Shown here: in pieces, positions 24,113 to 36,838 of the stretch
Layout of the letters: every line of letters starts with the position of its first letter
Position numbering within the stretch: the first letter of the stretch is position 1
Origin: Octopus vulgaris
Taxonomy: Eukaryota
Length of the DNA: 64,000 nt
NCBI GenBank assembly: GCA_951406725.2
Contig: OX597828.1
Location: forward strand, 36,394,001 to 36,458,000
Reading direction: 5' to 3'
The notes under the pieces: generated by a model
Databases searched by the model: none
Told to the model about the DNA's origin: nothing
Seen by the model: only the letters and a program-made list of their open reading frames with translations
Translations under genes and position numbers: made by a program

Positions 24113-24697
24113 TACCTCCGTCAAGGAAGGAGGTTATGTTTTTATCGACGTTGGCTTGTCCGTCTGTGTGCAAAATAACTAAAAAAGTTGTGAACGGTAT
24201 TTGATGAAACTTGTAGGAAAAGTTGGTAATGACACAAGAAACAGATGATAAAATTTTGGTAGTGATCTGGGAATTTTTATGGATTCTTGAAGGATTTTTC
24301 ATTTGTTATATTTACTTTACATGAAGTATTACGTTACGTTCTTTGATTATCTCCCTTGAAAACACGTTCATCGTTTCCACGTAACGTATGGTGGCGTAGC
24401 TGTTTCCAAAGTTTATTTTCGTTTCTCTATTAGTAATTTTACTCGCGTATCTATCTTAAAATGAACTGCTTGGCAGAGGTCTGCGGAGGATGACATGACA
24501 AGCCTTGACTATTGAGATGATTCCTGTTTTTAAAGGGTTTTTTAAAAAAAAAATCATATGGCTGTGTTTTTTTTTTTTGTACCCCCGCCAAGGTGGTTAT
24601 GTTTTTGCGGAGTTGGTTTGGGAAATTGGCGATCTTCAGCATGCCTGTATATGGATGGAAATGAGCTGCTTGGTGGAGGTCTGCGCTCTCCGAGTGC
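24113..24697 (+). mobile_element. two tandem Helentron/DINE-like non-autonomous elements (about 24113-24486 and 24580-24697)
   Basis: 5' TACC(T/C)CCG(T/C)CAAGG..GGTTATGTTTT, subterminal inverted repeat CTTGG..GAGGT, and 3' stem-loop GCGCTCTCCGAGTGC followed by a T run. Confidence 0.75.
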
Positions 24698-24909
24698 TTT
24701 TCTAGTTTATAAATATATAACCAAAAGAAAAAAAATCATTCGTATTTGAGCGTGATATCAAGTACCTAAAACCAATACTTCTTCCTTTATATTCATCTAA
24801 AATTGTTTATTTGATAAGCTAAAAAAAAGAAAAATCCAGTTACATTTTAGCGTCAGCCATTTTTATGCTGCGTTCAGAAATCATTGGTGAAGCAAAATGT
24901 CTCTAAAAT

Positions 24910-25065
24910 CAGGCCCGTCGCCAGACTTTGGTGCCTAGGGGTACTTCAGAATATTCTGAGTCGGCACTAAATTGTAATAATGCTAAAGTGGAGTAAAGTT
25001 GAGCGTGCACCATTGAATACTGAGGGCGCAGTGCCGCCCCAGTGCACCTTATTAGCGACAGGCAA
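24910..25065. mobile_element. small degenerate hAT-like MITE
   Basis: CAGGCCCGTCGCCAG start and TAGCGACAGGC end (imperfect TIR), with GC-rich internal GGGCGCAGTGCCGCCCC. Confidence 0.4.
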
Positions 25066-28000
25066 GCCTAGAATCAAGTTTGAAGTTGAAATATTGTAGG
25101 ACTTCAAAACAGCCAAGTGAAAATTTTGTCTCGGGGTATTATCATGGATGAGCACTAATGATGTAAATTTTCGAAACTATTATTTGTACGTTCATCGGAG
25201 GCAAAAGCGGAAACTGCTGATGAAATCAATGGAAAACAAAGTCTGTTGTGAAAAAGAAAAAGAGAAAAGAAACGAAAAACATTTGACAAGTGAAGAGATT
25301 TAGAGCTGTATAACAGAAAGAAAAGTGAAGTAGAGAGGAATTGGAGATATTGAAGGATATATAGGAAAGTGGTTTTTGAAATCAACTAATGCCTAAGAGA
25401 GTCTGTTTGATCAAAACATATTCAGCAACGTCAACCAAACCGGAGTGTGGTGGGGCAACGACTAGTGAGGCAAAGACACGAACTATGCCCAAAGAAAACG
25501 GATTCAAACTTTGGCACAATGCTAGTTATTTCAAGAAAGGGGCTAGGTTGATTGCATCGACGCCAGTGTTCAACTGGTACTTACTTATTTTAGCGATTCC
25601 GAAAGGATGAATGGCAGCAAAGTCAACCTCGGCGGAATTTGAACGCAGAACGTAAAGAAATGGAAGAAATGCTGCTATATATTTTGTTGATCCGCTGACG
25701 ATTTTACGAGCTCACCGCCTTATGGCCAAGTAAAATAAAACATGAGCAAGTTCTTACAAAACGTCCTGGGACGTTGGAAAGAATACCCGCATTCTGAGCT
25801 TTACCTCTATCAGATTTTATGTAAATCAATAATCCTGGTCTTTTTCCTACACTTACGATAACAGCTCTTTTCCCTGGGTTGGCATTTGGACTTTCATTAA
25901 TAATCACCTAGAATCAGTAATCAATTAGAATCAATCGAATTCTATCAGAACTGGTTGTTGTTTCACTCCAAAAGAACTGACGTATGATCAGCGGCATTTC
26001 AACTACATTTATATTTTCTTATTTTTTAGACATTGTATATTTAGGCCATTCTGTCTGCTGATCTCCTGTAACTGTAACAGATGGAATTAATTAGTAAACA
26101 ATAATATGAAATGTCGGAGTCGTAATCAGTTTGTAAGGATTGGTTCTTCGTTGATTGCCATTATGTAAAGGTGAAAGATGAATAATGCACGAAGTTTTAA
26201 GGAAATATTAATTTTTACCCGTTATATCTAATATACCTTGCCTAGAGCGTGCGAAGTAAAAAAGTTAATTTCGGCCTGTGTGTTCGAATTGTAGTAGTAA
26301 ACCATAGGGAGAGATATGGTAATGTGCAGAGTAGATAAAGTTAGTGAAAGTGAGAGGGTGTGGGAAGTTGGGTCTCATAGCTGCTGACAGTAAATTTCAT
26401 TTCTCCATTTGACCATTGTCTTTAGTAGCTGCCTTGCTTTGGATCATGATTCTAGCGTTCTGCTCCCTAGCTGATGGTGGCTGTCTAACGGATTGAGTTG
26501 TCATGAGCCGACTAACCCAGTTGTCACCAAGTGACTGATTTTTGCTTGGGGTTCTTGCTTTTATAGCTATCCAGAAGGATAGACATATCGTTGAGAACAA
26601 TAGATTTAGTTGGTTGTCTTGTTATCTTAATTCTAGCTTTTGGTGAAATAGAAGAGGTTAGAAAGGTCAAGTGATGAAGACCTAGCTAAGGCAATCTGGC
26701 AAATGTAAAACTGCTGTCACAGAAAAATGATTGTTCCACCGTGAGAAAATTTTTGTTGAAGTGTTAATTTAAATTTGGCTATGGTGGATCGAATTCCGCT
26801 TCATGCCTGCAAGATTCACCACAAAACAATAGGCTATGATTCAAAGGAGATTCGGTTCTGTTACTAGCAGGTAAAACAAGCGACCTCTTATAGTTTCCGT
26901 CTTTGGATTTGAGGCCTCTAGCAGAATTAGAAAAAAAGCTAGGAAGTGAAACAACGATCAACATACCTACAATGATTTTGTGGTAAGAAAAGTTGCCAAA
27001 GCTGTGAGTCTGTTTCTCAGTAATCAAACCCCTTCAGAAGGGCTGCATATAGTTATATAACAATTATTAGTCTAGTTTGTCGTTCCAGCAATGTCATGCT
27101 GAGAATCATAGTCAACGAACTTTAGCTATAAAAGGAAAGCCTTATCGCTGAAAAATAGGCAAAATTTCGCCCAAAATGACACTTTAATAAACAAATTGAC
27201 CTTTAAATCTCTTTTGGAAAGGACTTAAAGTATCAATGAAATATGTACCGTGCCTTCACATATATTAAATATGTTTTCTGTAGGGTTTTAAATGTCTTCA
27301 GATAAGCCTTACGAGTAACTATAAGCAAATATAAGATCGGAGGAGAACTTCTTTGGTCATGAATGACCATGGGATTGCACCTAGAAAGTTACCCTCCGAG
27401 GCACAAGTCCAGGCAAAGTTGTTTACGGAAGACCAGCAGTCGCCCATGCACACCAGCCTCCCCTCTCCACACCACTGCTGTTGATCGTTCCTTCACCAAT
27501 GGGAGTCAAGCACGGCATCACCGATGGAAGAAGTGTGTGAAAAGTAGGGGTGGGTGGGGTGGGGCCTTAGCTGAAAAATAATACCTCATCTGGTCACATT
27601 CCATGAGAATATCTTGGTCAGCCTATGAACTTTTCAGCCGACCCTGCTATGTATGTATGTATGAGTACATAAACACACACACACTCACAGACTTCTTTAC
27701 CCCTATTCTTTCTCTCTGTTCCCCTCTTAAGCTTTATCCTTTGACATTTTTTTTTCTTTCACGCTTCCTTTCAAGATTTCCATTTGATATCTGGCTATAA
27801 TTCGGTATGGCTTCACTCTCTCACTTGTTGCCAAAATGAGATGGTCAAACACACAATTAACGTCTTGGTATTTTCCGAATCAAATATTAAGTTTTAAATT
27901 TTAAGTTTTTAATTCACCCGAAAAAAAAAACCGGTTTTTCGCGATGTAATCAGTTTATTCATCTATAAAAAAAACACGTTTGAAACAGCTGTAAAGAAAA

Positions 28001-28096
28001 ATAACCCATTTGTGTTACCACACCTGGAACCTTCCCAATGTTGGATCTGGAACTCACAGTAGGTCGTGAAACTGTGTACCGGCATGCATGTGTTTA

Positions 28097-28420
28097 TATG
28101 GTACTTTTTGGTTATCTCACCCCCATTAAAAAATTGTCATTAAAATTGGGTTATCTCCCCACCAAAATATTGAGTCTATATGGCGACAAGAGATTGAATT
28201 AAAAGGATTAGATCCTGTTGGTTCACTACTTCAACACATTGTTGACGTTTGGCCTCTTCAATAGGCTGGTATGATTTCTTATAAAGATGTTTAATCTTTT
28301 CGCTTTTCATGTTTATTAATTTTTCATTTTTTTTTTGTTTTATTGAGTTATAAACAATTTTTTAATCAGGGGAGATAACCTAATTTTTTAATGGGGGTGT
28401 TATAACCAAAACATACCGTA
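28097..28420. mobile_element. MITE with about 35-bp imperfect TIRs and internal sub-repeats
   Basis: TATGGTACTTTTTGGTTATCTCACCCCCATTAAAAAATT mirrors AATTTTTTAATGGGGGTGTTATAACCAAAACATACCGTA. Inner pair GGTTATCTCCCC / GGGGAGATAACC. Confidence 0.8.
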
Positions 28421-28821
28421 TATAATTTCATATAGATGTATATTTATATGAATGTGTATATTCTTTTCTACTCTAGGCACAAAGCCCGAAATTTTTGTGG
28501 AAGGGGACAGTCCATTAGATCGAGCCCACTACGCAACTGGTACTTAGTTTATGTATGTATATGTTTGTGTCTGTGTTTGTCCCCCTTCGCTTGACTACCG
28601 ATGTTGGTGTGTTTGCTAGCGGGACAAACACAGACACAAACATATACACACATACATATATATATACATATATACGACAGGCTTCTTTCAGTTTCCATCT
28701 ACCAAATCCACTCACAAGGTATTGGTCGGCCCGGCGCTATAGCAGAAGACACTTGCCCAAGATGCCACGCAGTGGGACTGAACCCGGAACCATGTGGTTG
28801 GTAAGCAAGCTACTTACCACG

Positions 28822-29159
28822 AAGCAACAGAGTGACTCAAGGTCCGAGAGTTTCGTGTGTTGGTACTTATATTTTAAATTATATTTTCTCTGATTGCATC
28901 ACCATGCATGCATGTGTGTGCGTGCCTGTGTATATATATCGTTTGAAGAAACAAATCCGAAAGAAGCTCACTCTAAGATGTAGAGCAGTATATGATAAAA
29001 ATGAGGAAGGCCGGTTTATGGGATTACCTTAGGTTTCCCGTCCATAAAGGGTTTAGCTTTATGGTGCATCATCAGATCCCCAAAACCTATATCTTTATCA
29101 GATGTGGCAGAGTGACTCAAGGTTCGAGTGTTTCGGACCTTGAGTCACTCTGTTGCTTT
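28822..29159. repeat. segment bounded by 26-bp inverted repeats (Penelope-like fragments), enclosing a hammerhead motif
   Basis: AAGCAACAGAGTGACTCAAGGTCCGA...TCGGACCTTGAGTCACTCTGTTGCTT. The same repeat forms a hairpin at 53798-53910. Confidence 0.8.
29013..29087 (-). ncRNA. type I hammerhead ribozyme-like motif
   Basis: Minus strand GGTTTTGGGGAT-CTGATGA-TGCA-CCATAAAG-CTAAACC-CTTTATGG-ACGG-GAAA-CCTAAG-GTA/ATCCCATAAACC. Both core boxes, stems I-III and a GUA cleavage triplet are present, but the base of stem II is mispaired. Confidence 0.7.
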
Positions 29160-29166
29160 TGTTAAA

Positions 29167-29565
29167 TCTTTATATATAAAAGAGAGGTTGTGAGCTGTCT
29201 GTCTCCTACGATTTAGATTCCTAACTTCTCTCACATTTTGCGGTGCAGTTTAACCAAAACCGGGTATCTTCTAGTCGTTATTTATATCGAGCCCATCTGG
29301 GTATTAGCGCGCGTCTACGATGAGTCTGCGGTTTAAAAAGAAAATTTACCATCAATTTTTCCCATTTATAATGCAATTTTGGCATATATAAGGGAAGTAA
29401 CTCTCTAAAAATTTATTATTAAATCTCAGAACGTAAAAAGCTACAGTAACATCCCCCCCCTTTATGGTTAGCCATATTGAGATGGCTATTATACTTTACA
29501 TCTCTAAAAATGCTTATATAGTTATTTCCCTTACAAACCCGAGCAACGCCGGGCGACACTGCTAG
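29167..29565 (+). mobile_element. non-autonomous Helitron
   Basis: 5' TC start after A. 3' GC-rich hairpin CCCGAGCAACGCCGGG then CTAG. A second copy is at 48394-48756. Confidence 0.85.
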
Positions 29566-29921
29566 AAATAGGTAAAACATTCATATACCCATAGTTCGAG
29601 TTCTATTTTGCCTGTTTGCATCAACCTACCTATGTGTGTATGTATTTTTATTGTTTTAAGCGGCAGGAAGCTGTAGGGATGGATGGGTGGGTTGTTGGAT
29701 GGATGGATGTATGGATGGCGCTTACCGAAGTGGCTTGAAATCTGAGAGCCCGTTTTCTTCTGTTGGTTCTATAAAATAGGATCTGTTCAAAATCTATATT
29801 GCATGTATGTATCTATATCTATATAAATACGTACATGCACATATACAAACGTACGAACACACACACATATATAGTCACACTTGTTTTTGTGTCTATATAA
29901 GTATATGAATGTGCGCACACT

Positions 29922-29956
<35 letters not shown>

Positions 29957-30014
29957 CATACATATAAGACGGGATGACCACTACGTGGACAACCATTATG
30001 CTAGAAGTAGATCA

Positions 30015-30043
30015 TAGCTATATGTATATATATATACATATAG

Positions 30044-30078
<35 letters not shown>

Positions 30079-30131
30079 GTTATATATATATATATATATA
30101 TACATACATAGTTATATATATACATAAAGTG

Positions 30132-30166
<35 letters not shown>

Positions 30167-30190
30167 CATAGTTATATATATATACATATA

Positions 30191-30237
<47 letters not shown>

Positions 30238-31024
30238 GCCTTCCACTTTTTGTATCCAAAAATTTTTATCCCAATATTTACACACTTTTATCTATACCCT
30301 TGGTTTGCTTCGAGATCACCATTCCTAAAAAAAATGTATGTATGTATGTATGTATGTGTGTGTGTGTATGTATGTATGTATGTATGTATGTATGTATGTA
30401 TGTAGTGTGTGTGTGTGTGTGTATGTGTGTATGTATGTATGTATGTATGTATGTATGTATGTATGTATTTATGTATGTATGTATGTATGTATGTATGTAT
30501 GTATGTATGTATGTGCATAAATGGAATGAGAGCGAGTGTTATGTAATATATATGTATATATTCTGCCCTCGGCAATTAACGTAGATACGCTTGTTGGTTT
30601 TTTAAAATTTTCATGAAACTCAAATCACAAAAATACTGCATAATAAATACACACACACACACACATTGTTGTTATATGTGTATGGTGCCATTGGGGAAGT
30701 CAACCATTACAACGAACTATATAGCTTCTTGACCTTGCTAAAAATAGGATCTAAATGCCTCTCACATCAGGCAGCGAATGCCTTAAAAAGACATTATGTA
30801 ATGTTGTTCAACGACATATTATGTCCGAAATAAAAGACGATATGGTCATAGCTGGAACGCTTTTGATCATGGCCTTAATTCGATGGAGGTTGACCTGGGG
30901 CTACAAAACAACAACTGTTACACAAAAGTCTATGAAAGTAAACACACATTCACTATATATATATATATATATATACACAAACACACATACATGTATGTTT
31001 GATATATATATATATATGTATGTT

Positions 31025-31062
<38 letters not shown>

Positions 31063-31362
31063 GTGTGTGTGTGTGTGCGCGTGTGTGTGTGTTTGTGTGA
31101 GTGTGTGTATGTATGTATGTATAAATTGTTTTAATCTATGGAAGGACATAAGCCTATTTAAACACACGTTGACACGTAACATACTATACATAAGTGTGGT
31201 CTGTGTGTATATTTACTTGTTTATAAAGACATGTATACAAACAACTTAACCCATAAAGCTATCTAGCACATATATGTTTATATTTTTTACGCACGCACAC
31301 GCATATATAACATGTATATACGCGTTATGTGTATAACAAACATTATAGTTCACTATCCATAT

Positions 31363-31444
<82 letters not shown>

Positions 31445-31507
31445 CGTACATATCTATATGTATGTATGTTTACGAACATAATGCATGTATGTGTGTATTT
31501 ATATACA

Positions 31508-31594
<87 letters not shown>

Positions 31595-31651
31595 TTGTAG
31601 TTATATGAAAATATTCCCCTATAATTGTACATGAGTATAAGTATATATGTA

Positions 31652-31727
<76 letters not shown>

Positions 31728-31750
31728 GTGTGTGTGTGTTTGTGAGTGTG
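30015..31750. repeat. dense field of (TA)n, (TATG)n and (TG)n microsatellites
   Basis: Directly visible runs at about 30020-30230, 30335-30514, 30953-31120 and 31365-31740. Confidence 0.95.
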
Positions 31751-33599
31751 TGTATGTACGTATATATGTATTTGCACTTGTAATTTGTAACAGGTATAAA
31801 GTTATTTTACTGATATTTAGAGTAAGATATACATACATATATATTGTATATATACAGTCGTGAACACTGAAAATATATATACGCAGTTAACTTCTCTCAG
31901 CTATTATACACATAAACATGTACTTGATCTAATTATTTTTTTTTCATAGCAATACATGTGTAGGAATATTTAAGTGTTATGAAACATTCCAACATTTAGA
32001 AGTTTATAAGGATTGTATCAATAAATGAATAAGACAATGAAACCCTGTACATCGCTGGAATGAAAGTTTGTGTTAATCACAATTTTAGACACCATAACTA
32101 ATAAAATGTCCGACTTATTCGTTGTTAATAGTTTGAGTTGAGTTTTCTCAATGTTTATTCTTCTAATCAGATGAAGTATATCACTAATGTTAATTAATAT
32201 ATAGATATATAATCATAAATAGCCGTATGGTTAATATATAAATGATATATTATCGAATTGGCAGCTTTCAAACTGAAACTAAACGAGACACCATGAAGCA
32301 TTTCGTTTACTTTCATTTACGATACAATGTATTATAAGATGTGTTTTTTTTTATAATCTCCTTTCGTTAGTAATTTATACTTTGCTTAGAATAAAAAAAA
32401 AAAATGAATTGTTTGTAGTCGTAGAAATTTTTATCAAGAAATATTGATGAAATAATAATATCAGCTTATAACATTTTGTGTATTTAGGGATAATTCAATC
32501 AAACACACTTTCGTCTGCAAGAAGTTAATAGTATGTTCGGTTTATTAATTTTAGAGGTGACCATTTCGCATGATTTAAAAGTGTTTGTGATCTAATGTTC
32601 CTGAGAAGTGCAGGAAAATGACAAAATATGTCATGTTTTCGTGTCGGCTTTAACTCGGTAGCCATTTGCATTGATGCAAGTTCATATTATTTCTAGTATT
32701 TTAAGACTATTCGTTTATAAACACTGATGATTAAGTTTCATACATATTTATTCATTAGATTTTAGTGGGGTTGCTTCTTGGTATTAATATTTAAGGGATT
32801 TTAATAACATAAAGTATTCGATTGTAGATGACTGTCTCACGAACACGCACTCACACATCTGCACACACGCATCTATATTCTTCGTTATTTTCTCGCATTA
32901 AAATAACATTAAATTAGACACATATGAGAAAAGTAAATAATTTTTGATGCTTTTAACTTCAGTACTTTCATAAATCAGTCTTAACATCATAATAAACCCC
33001 GTTTCTGCATATACTCGTATATTTCCAAATATTTGAAGATATACGTTTTTGAAACGAGTTCGGCATAGATGAAATGAATTTTGGTAAATCATTTGAAATT
33101 TTTAAAGGTTTTATTGCTGTATATTTATTATTATTGTGTACAATGTATAAAAACAAATAAATAAATAAAAACTTCAATTTTATCAAACCTTCCTCCATGT
33201 TAATTTCTTTGTATTCATGTTACCAGTCCTGCAGAAATATCACTTATTCAGACAGTTATAGAAACAAAAATTAATAATTTTCTATAAAAATTACAATGAT
33301 AAGTTACAAACATTATAACCATGTACAAAGTTTTATGAAAAAAATTGACCATTTTGTGATTTTACTTAAAAACTTGTGAACATTGAGTTATGCATGTTAC
33401 AGGGCACATCAACAACATGACGTCATATAGCTTGAGGTAAAATGTTGTCGAATTTGAAAAAATTCAAATATTTTAAAATCAAACTGAAGGAATTTCTATA
33501 AATTTCATTAAAATATAATTCTGAAGTATTGATAGAACATTTATTGAGAGAAAAATAAAAACTAAAGCTGTAAAACAATTGTTCGTGAGTGAGAGAGTT

Positions 33600-35898
33600 A
33601 TCTCCCGTTGTTGGTTTTCTATCCAAGACTTGCAACTATCTCATTCTTTTCAGGCGGCAACTCGGAGCTGTGAGGACATGTATTCGATTAACTGCTGCTC
33701 GCTTTACCAGCTTTCTTCGACGGACAGTGCGGTAAGAGGCAGAAGAAAACCAAGAACAAACATATCGCCTCTTCTTTTTATTATCCATTGCAGTTGTTAT
33801 ACGAACAAGTGGCTGTCGGTTGAATTTTACACACATCCGCGATCACTTGTTGTATGAAGGCAAACGCGTGGAACTTTCGTCTGGTTTTAAATTTTAAAAT
33901 GAAGAAAGAAACGAATGGAATTGCATACAGGACACAGTCAAGAAATTTGGGTACATTACGTATGTATATCTGTACAGATCCACTCGTAAAGGTTCACAAT
34001 GTTTAATTCTTACCACTCCTAAATTTATCTATGTATTATAAACACTTAGCTAACATCTCAAACTCATTTCAACAATAAACTAGGGGCGACTCTGATGAAG
34101 AAAGAGCAAAGAAAATGGCGATAATCTTCATTATTTCATATTGTATTCTTTACTTTTTTCTCTCTCACACACACGCATCTATATATGCATGTATGCATAT
34201 ACATATATACAATCGTACACATCTGATTTAAACGTCCGATGAGACCTGATCATTTAATGTGGGTCTTGTTTTATAAAACTATCGACATTTATAATAGCTT
34301 TACTGAAACTTATTTCCAGAAATTTATCATAATTTGCATATTTTTAGATAAGTCGAAATTCCTCGTCGCCTTTTTTTTTTTTTAACATTTGGTATTTTCG
34401 GTCTAAAGATTAATAATTTATGTTTTCAGATAGAAAATTAGTTCGATTTATTCGTCCGTACTTATATTTATTGTATAACATTGAGAGAGACGAAGATTTG
34501 CAGTGATCAAGCTACCATCGTCAGAAAGGAGGAAGACATCACAAATATGGCGCTATGACCTTCATTTGTCATTGACTTCTTCCGTCGTAAGATTTCTAAT
34601 TTTAATCACTGCTTTATTATTCATAAATAGTATATACTTAATTATATAGCATTTTGCTAATTAATTTTTTTAGAGGCTTTTTAAAAAAGTTTTTAGCGTT
34701 TCTTTAATTTTTGCAATTTTTCGATAGAGAAAAAATGTAATTTTTTGTACAAAAAATATATTTTTTTTATCGATTTCATAGATATATAATTATATATAAA
34801 AAAATTAAATCATGAAGCCATACATCTCGTATATATCATTACTATATTATTTAAAGCGAAAAAGGTCCAAAATTAGTTCTAAATCTATTAATGAATTCCT
34901 TATCCTGCTGGTGGGAAAGGCATGAACATCACAGCATCACATTTTACATGCGTTATTAGTAAATGTTGGGTTATTGATAGTTCTCATGAAATTATATAAC
35001 AATACAGTATTTTCTCTAATTGTAAATAGACGTTTTAATTTAAAAATTGCGCATGTGTGTGTGTATTATGTACATATAAGCATATATTTCTGTATATCGG
35101 TGTATATATGTGTACGTATGTTTATTTGGTTAAATAGGTGTGTTTATATCTTGTTGGTATTAACTCGTTAATTATTGTATTAGTCTACTGTTATATATGT
35201 ATGAATGTGTTGGTATTTAGGCATATATAAGTATCTATTTGTAATATTTCAATGAACGGTCGTAGTTTTGAAATCGCGATCGTGGAATCGGGCGTTCGAT
35301 TCCTGAGCAAAGCGTTGTCCTTGATCAAAACTCTTTATTTCTTGTGGATCCTATCTTGGTCACTTCAGAAAGAGTATCTGTCAGGTTAACTTACAGCTGG
35401 AATGAAGGACTGGCGTCCTGTTCATGGCGAAATGGTGTTCTTAATTCGCTTGGCGCATCAGAAACTGCCCCAATGAATCCGGGTTCGAAACGATTGTGTT
35501 AGTATGGAATTGAGTGTGCTCGTAAATTCAAGTATATGTATGTATATATATATATTTCGATCCGTCGCTTCGTTCCATTTCTTATGCTCCCAGTACTGTT
35601 TTATATATATTACATATATATATATACATACATATTGATGTATTTGTGGATATAATGTGATATGTGTGCATCTGGATGTGTTCGCTTGTGAATGCTAATG
35701 TACCTGTATATATGTGCGTGTCTATGTATATGTGTATATACATGTGTGTGCCTTTGTTGCGCTCCAAAAGTTTGTAATTTAAAACTATAAATGTAGCATT
35801 TTACACCAATATACATCACTGATAACAAATAGTGATATTGAGGTAAATGCTGACAGAATAAGATTAGAAAATAGGAGTAAAACCAGTGTGTGTGTATC

Positions 35899-35944
<46 letters not shown>

Positions 35945-35972
35945 CATACATACACACACACTGGTTTTACCC

Positions 35973-36005
<33 letters not shown>

Positions 36006-36294
36006 TATACATTTATATATATCTGGTTAGATATGTGTTAATTGATCATTTCCGAGCTTTCCAGAGAATATGAAAAAATTGTTAATATTTATATTTGTGT
36101 GTGTGTATACTTGTAAGCATCTAGTCATAAAAACGATGCCAAAATAAGTCTGGTGCAGCCTCCTGCCTGGCCAGCATATTTCAAAACCGTCCAACCCATG
36201 CCAGCATGGAAGGCGAACAGTAAACAATGATGAAAGCTAGTGTTTATGTGAGTTGTGAGATACCGATGTAATTATAATTTTATATATGCGACTA

Positions 36295-36349
<55 letters not shown>

Positions 36350-36514
36350 GTGTGTGTGTGTGTATATATATATATGTGGCGTTAGGAAGGGCATCCAGCC
36401 GTAGAAACACTGCCAGATCAAACTGGGCCTGGTGCAGCCTTCTGGCTTCCCAGACCCCAGTTGAACCGTCCAACCCATGCTAGCATGGAAAGTGGACGCT
36501 AAATGATGATGATG

Positions 36515-36550
<36 letters not shown>

Positions 36551-36784
36551 GGTCCCGGGTTGATTCGGGGTTAACCACAGTAAATAAGGTACTCAATACA
36601 TAGTAGAGTAAAATTAATTTATTATATAGAAGGAGCTTCTACAGGACTAGAACTGTTTCATTCATTCTCTTGAATGAAACAGTTCTAGTCGTAAACTCCT
36701 TCTATATAATAAATATATATATATATATATATATCTAAATCAAATGTGAGGATAAAATTCTTTTCGAAAAATTTTTTATCGATG

Positions 36785-36838
<54 letters not shown>

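Noticed and set aside
34092-34120. CTGATGA...GAAA as another hammerhead
   Set aside because: No stem I, II or III pairing around the boxes.
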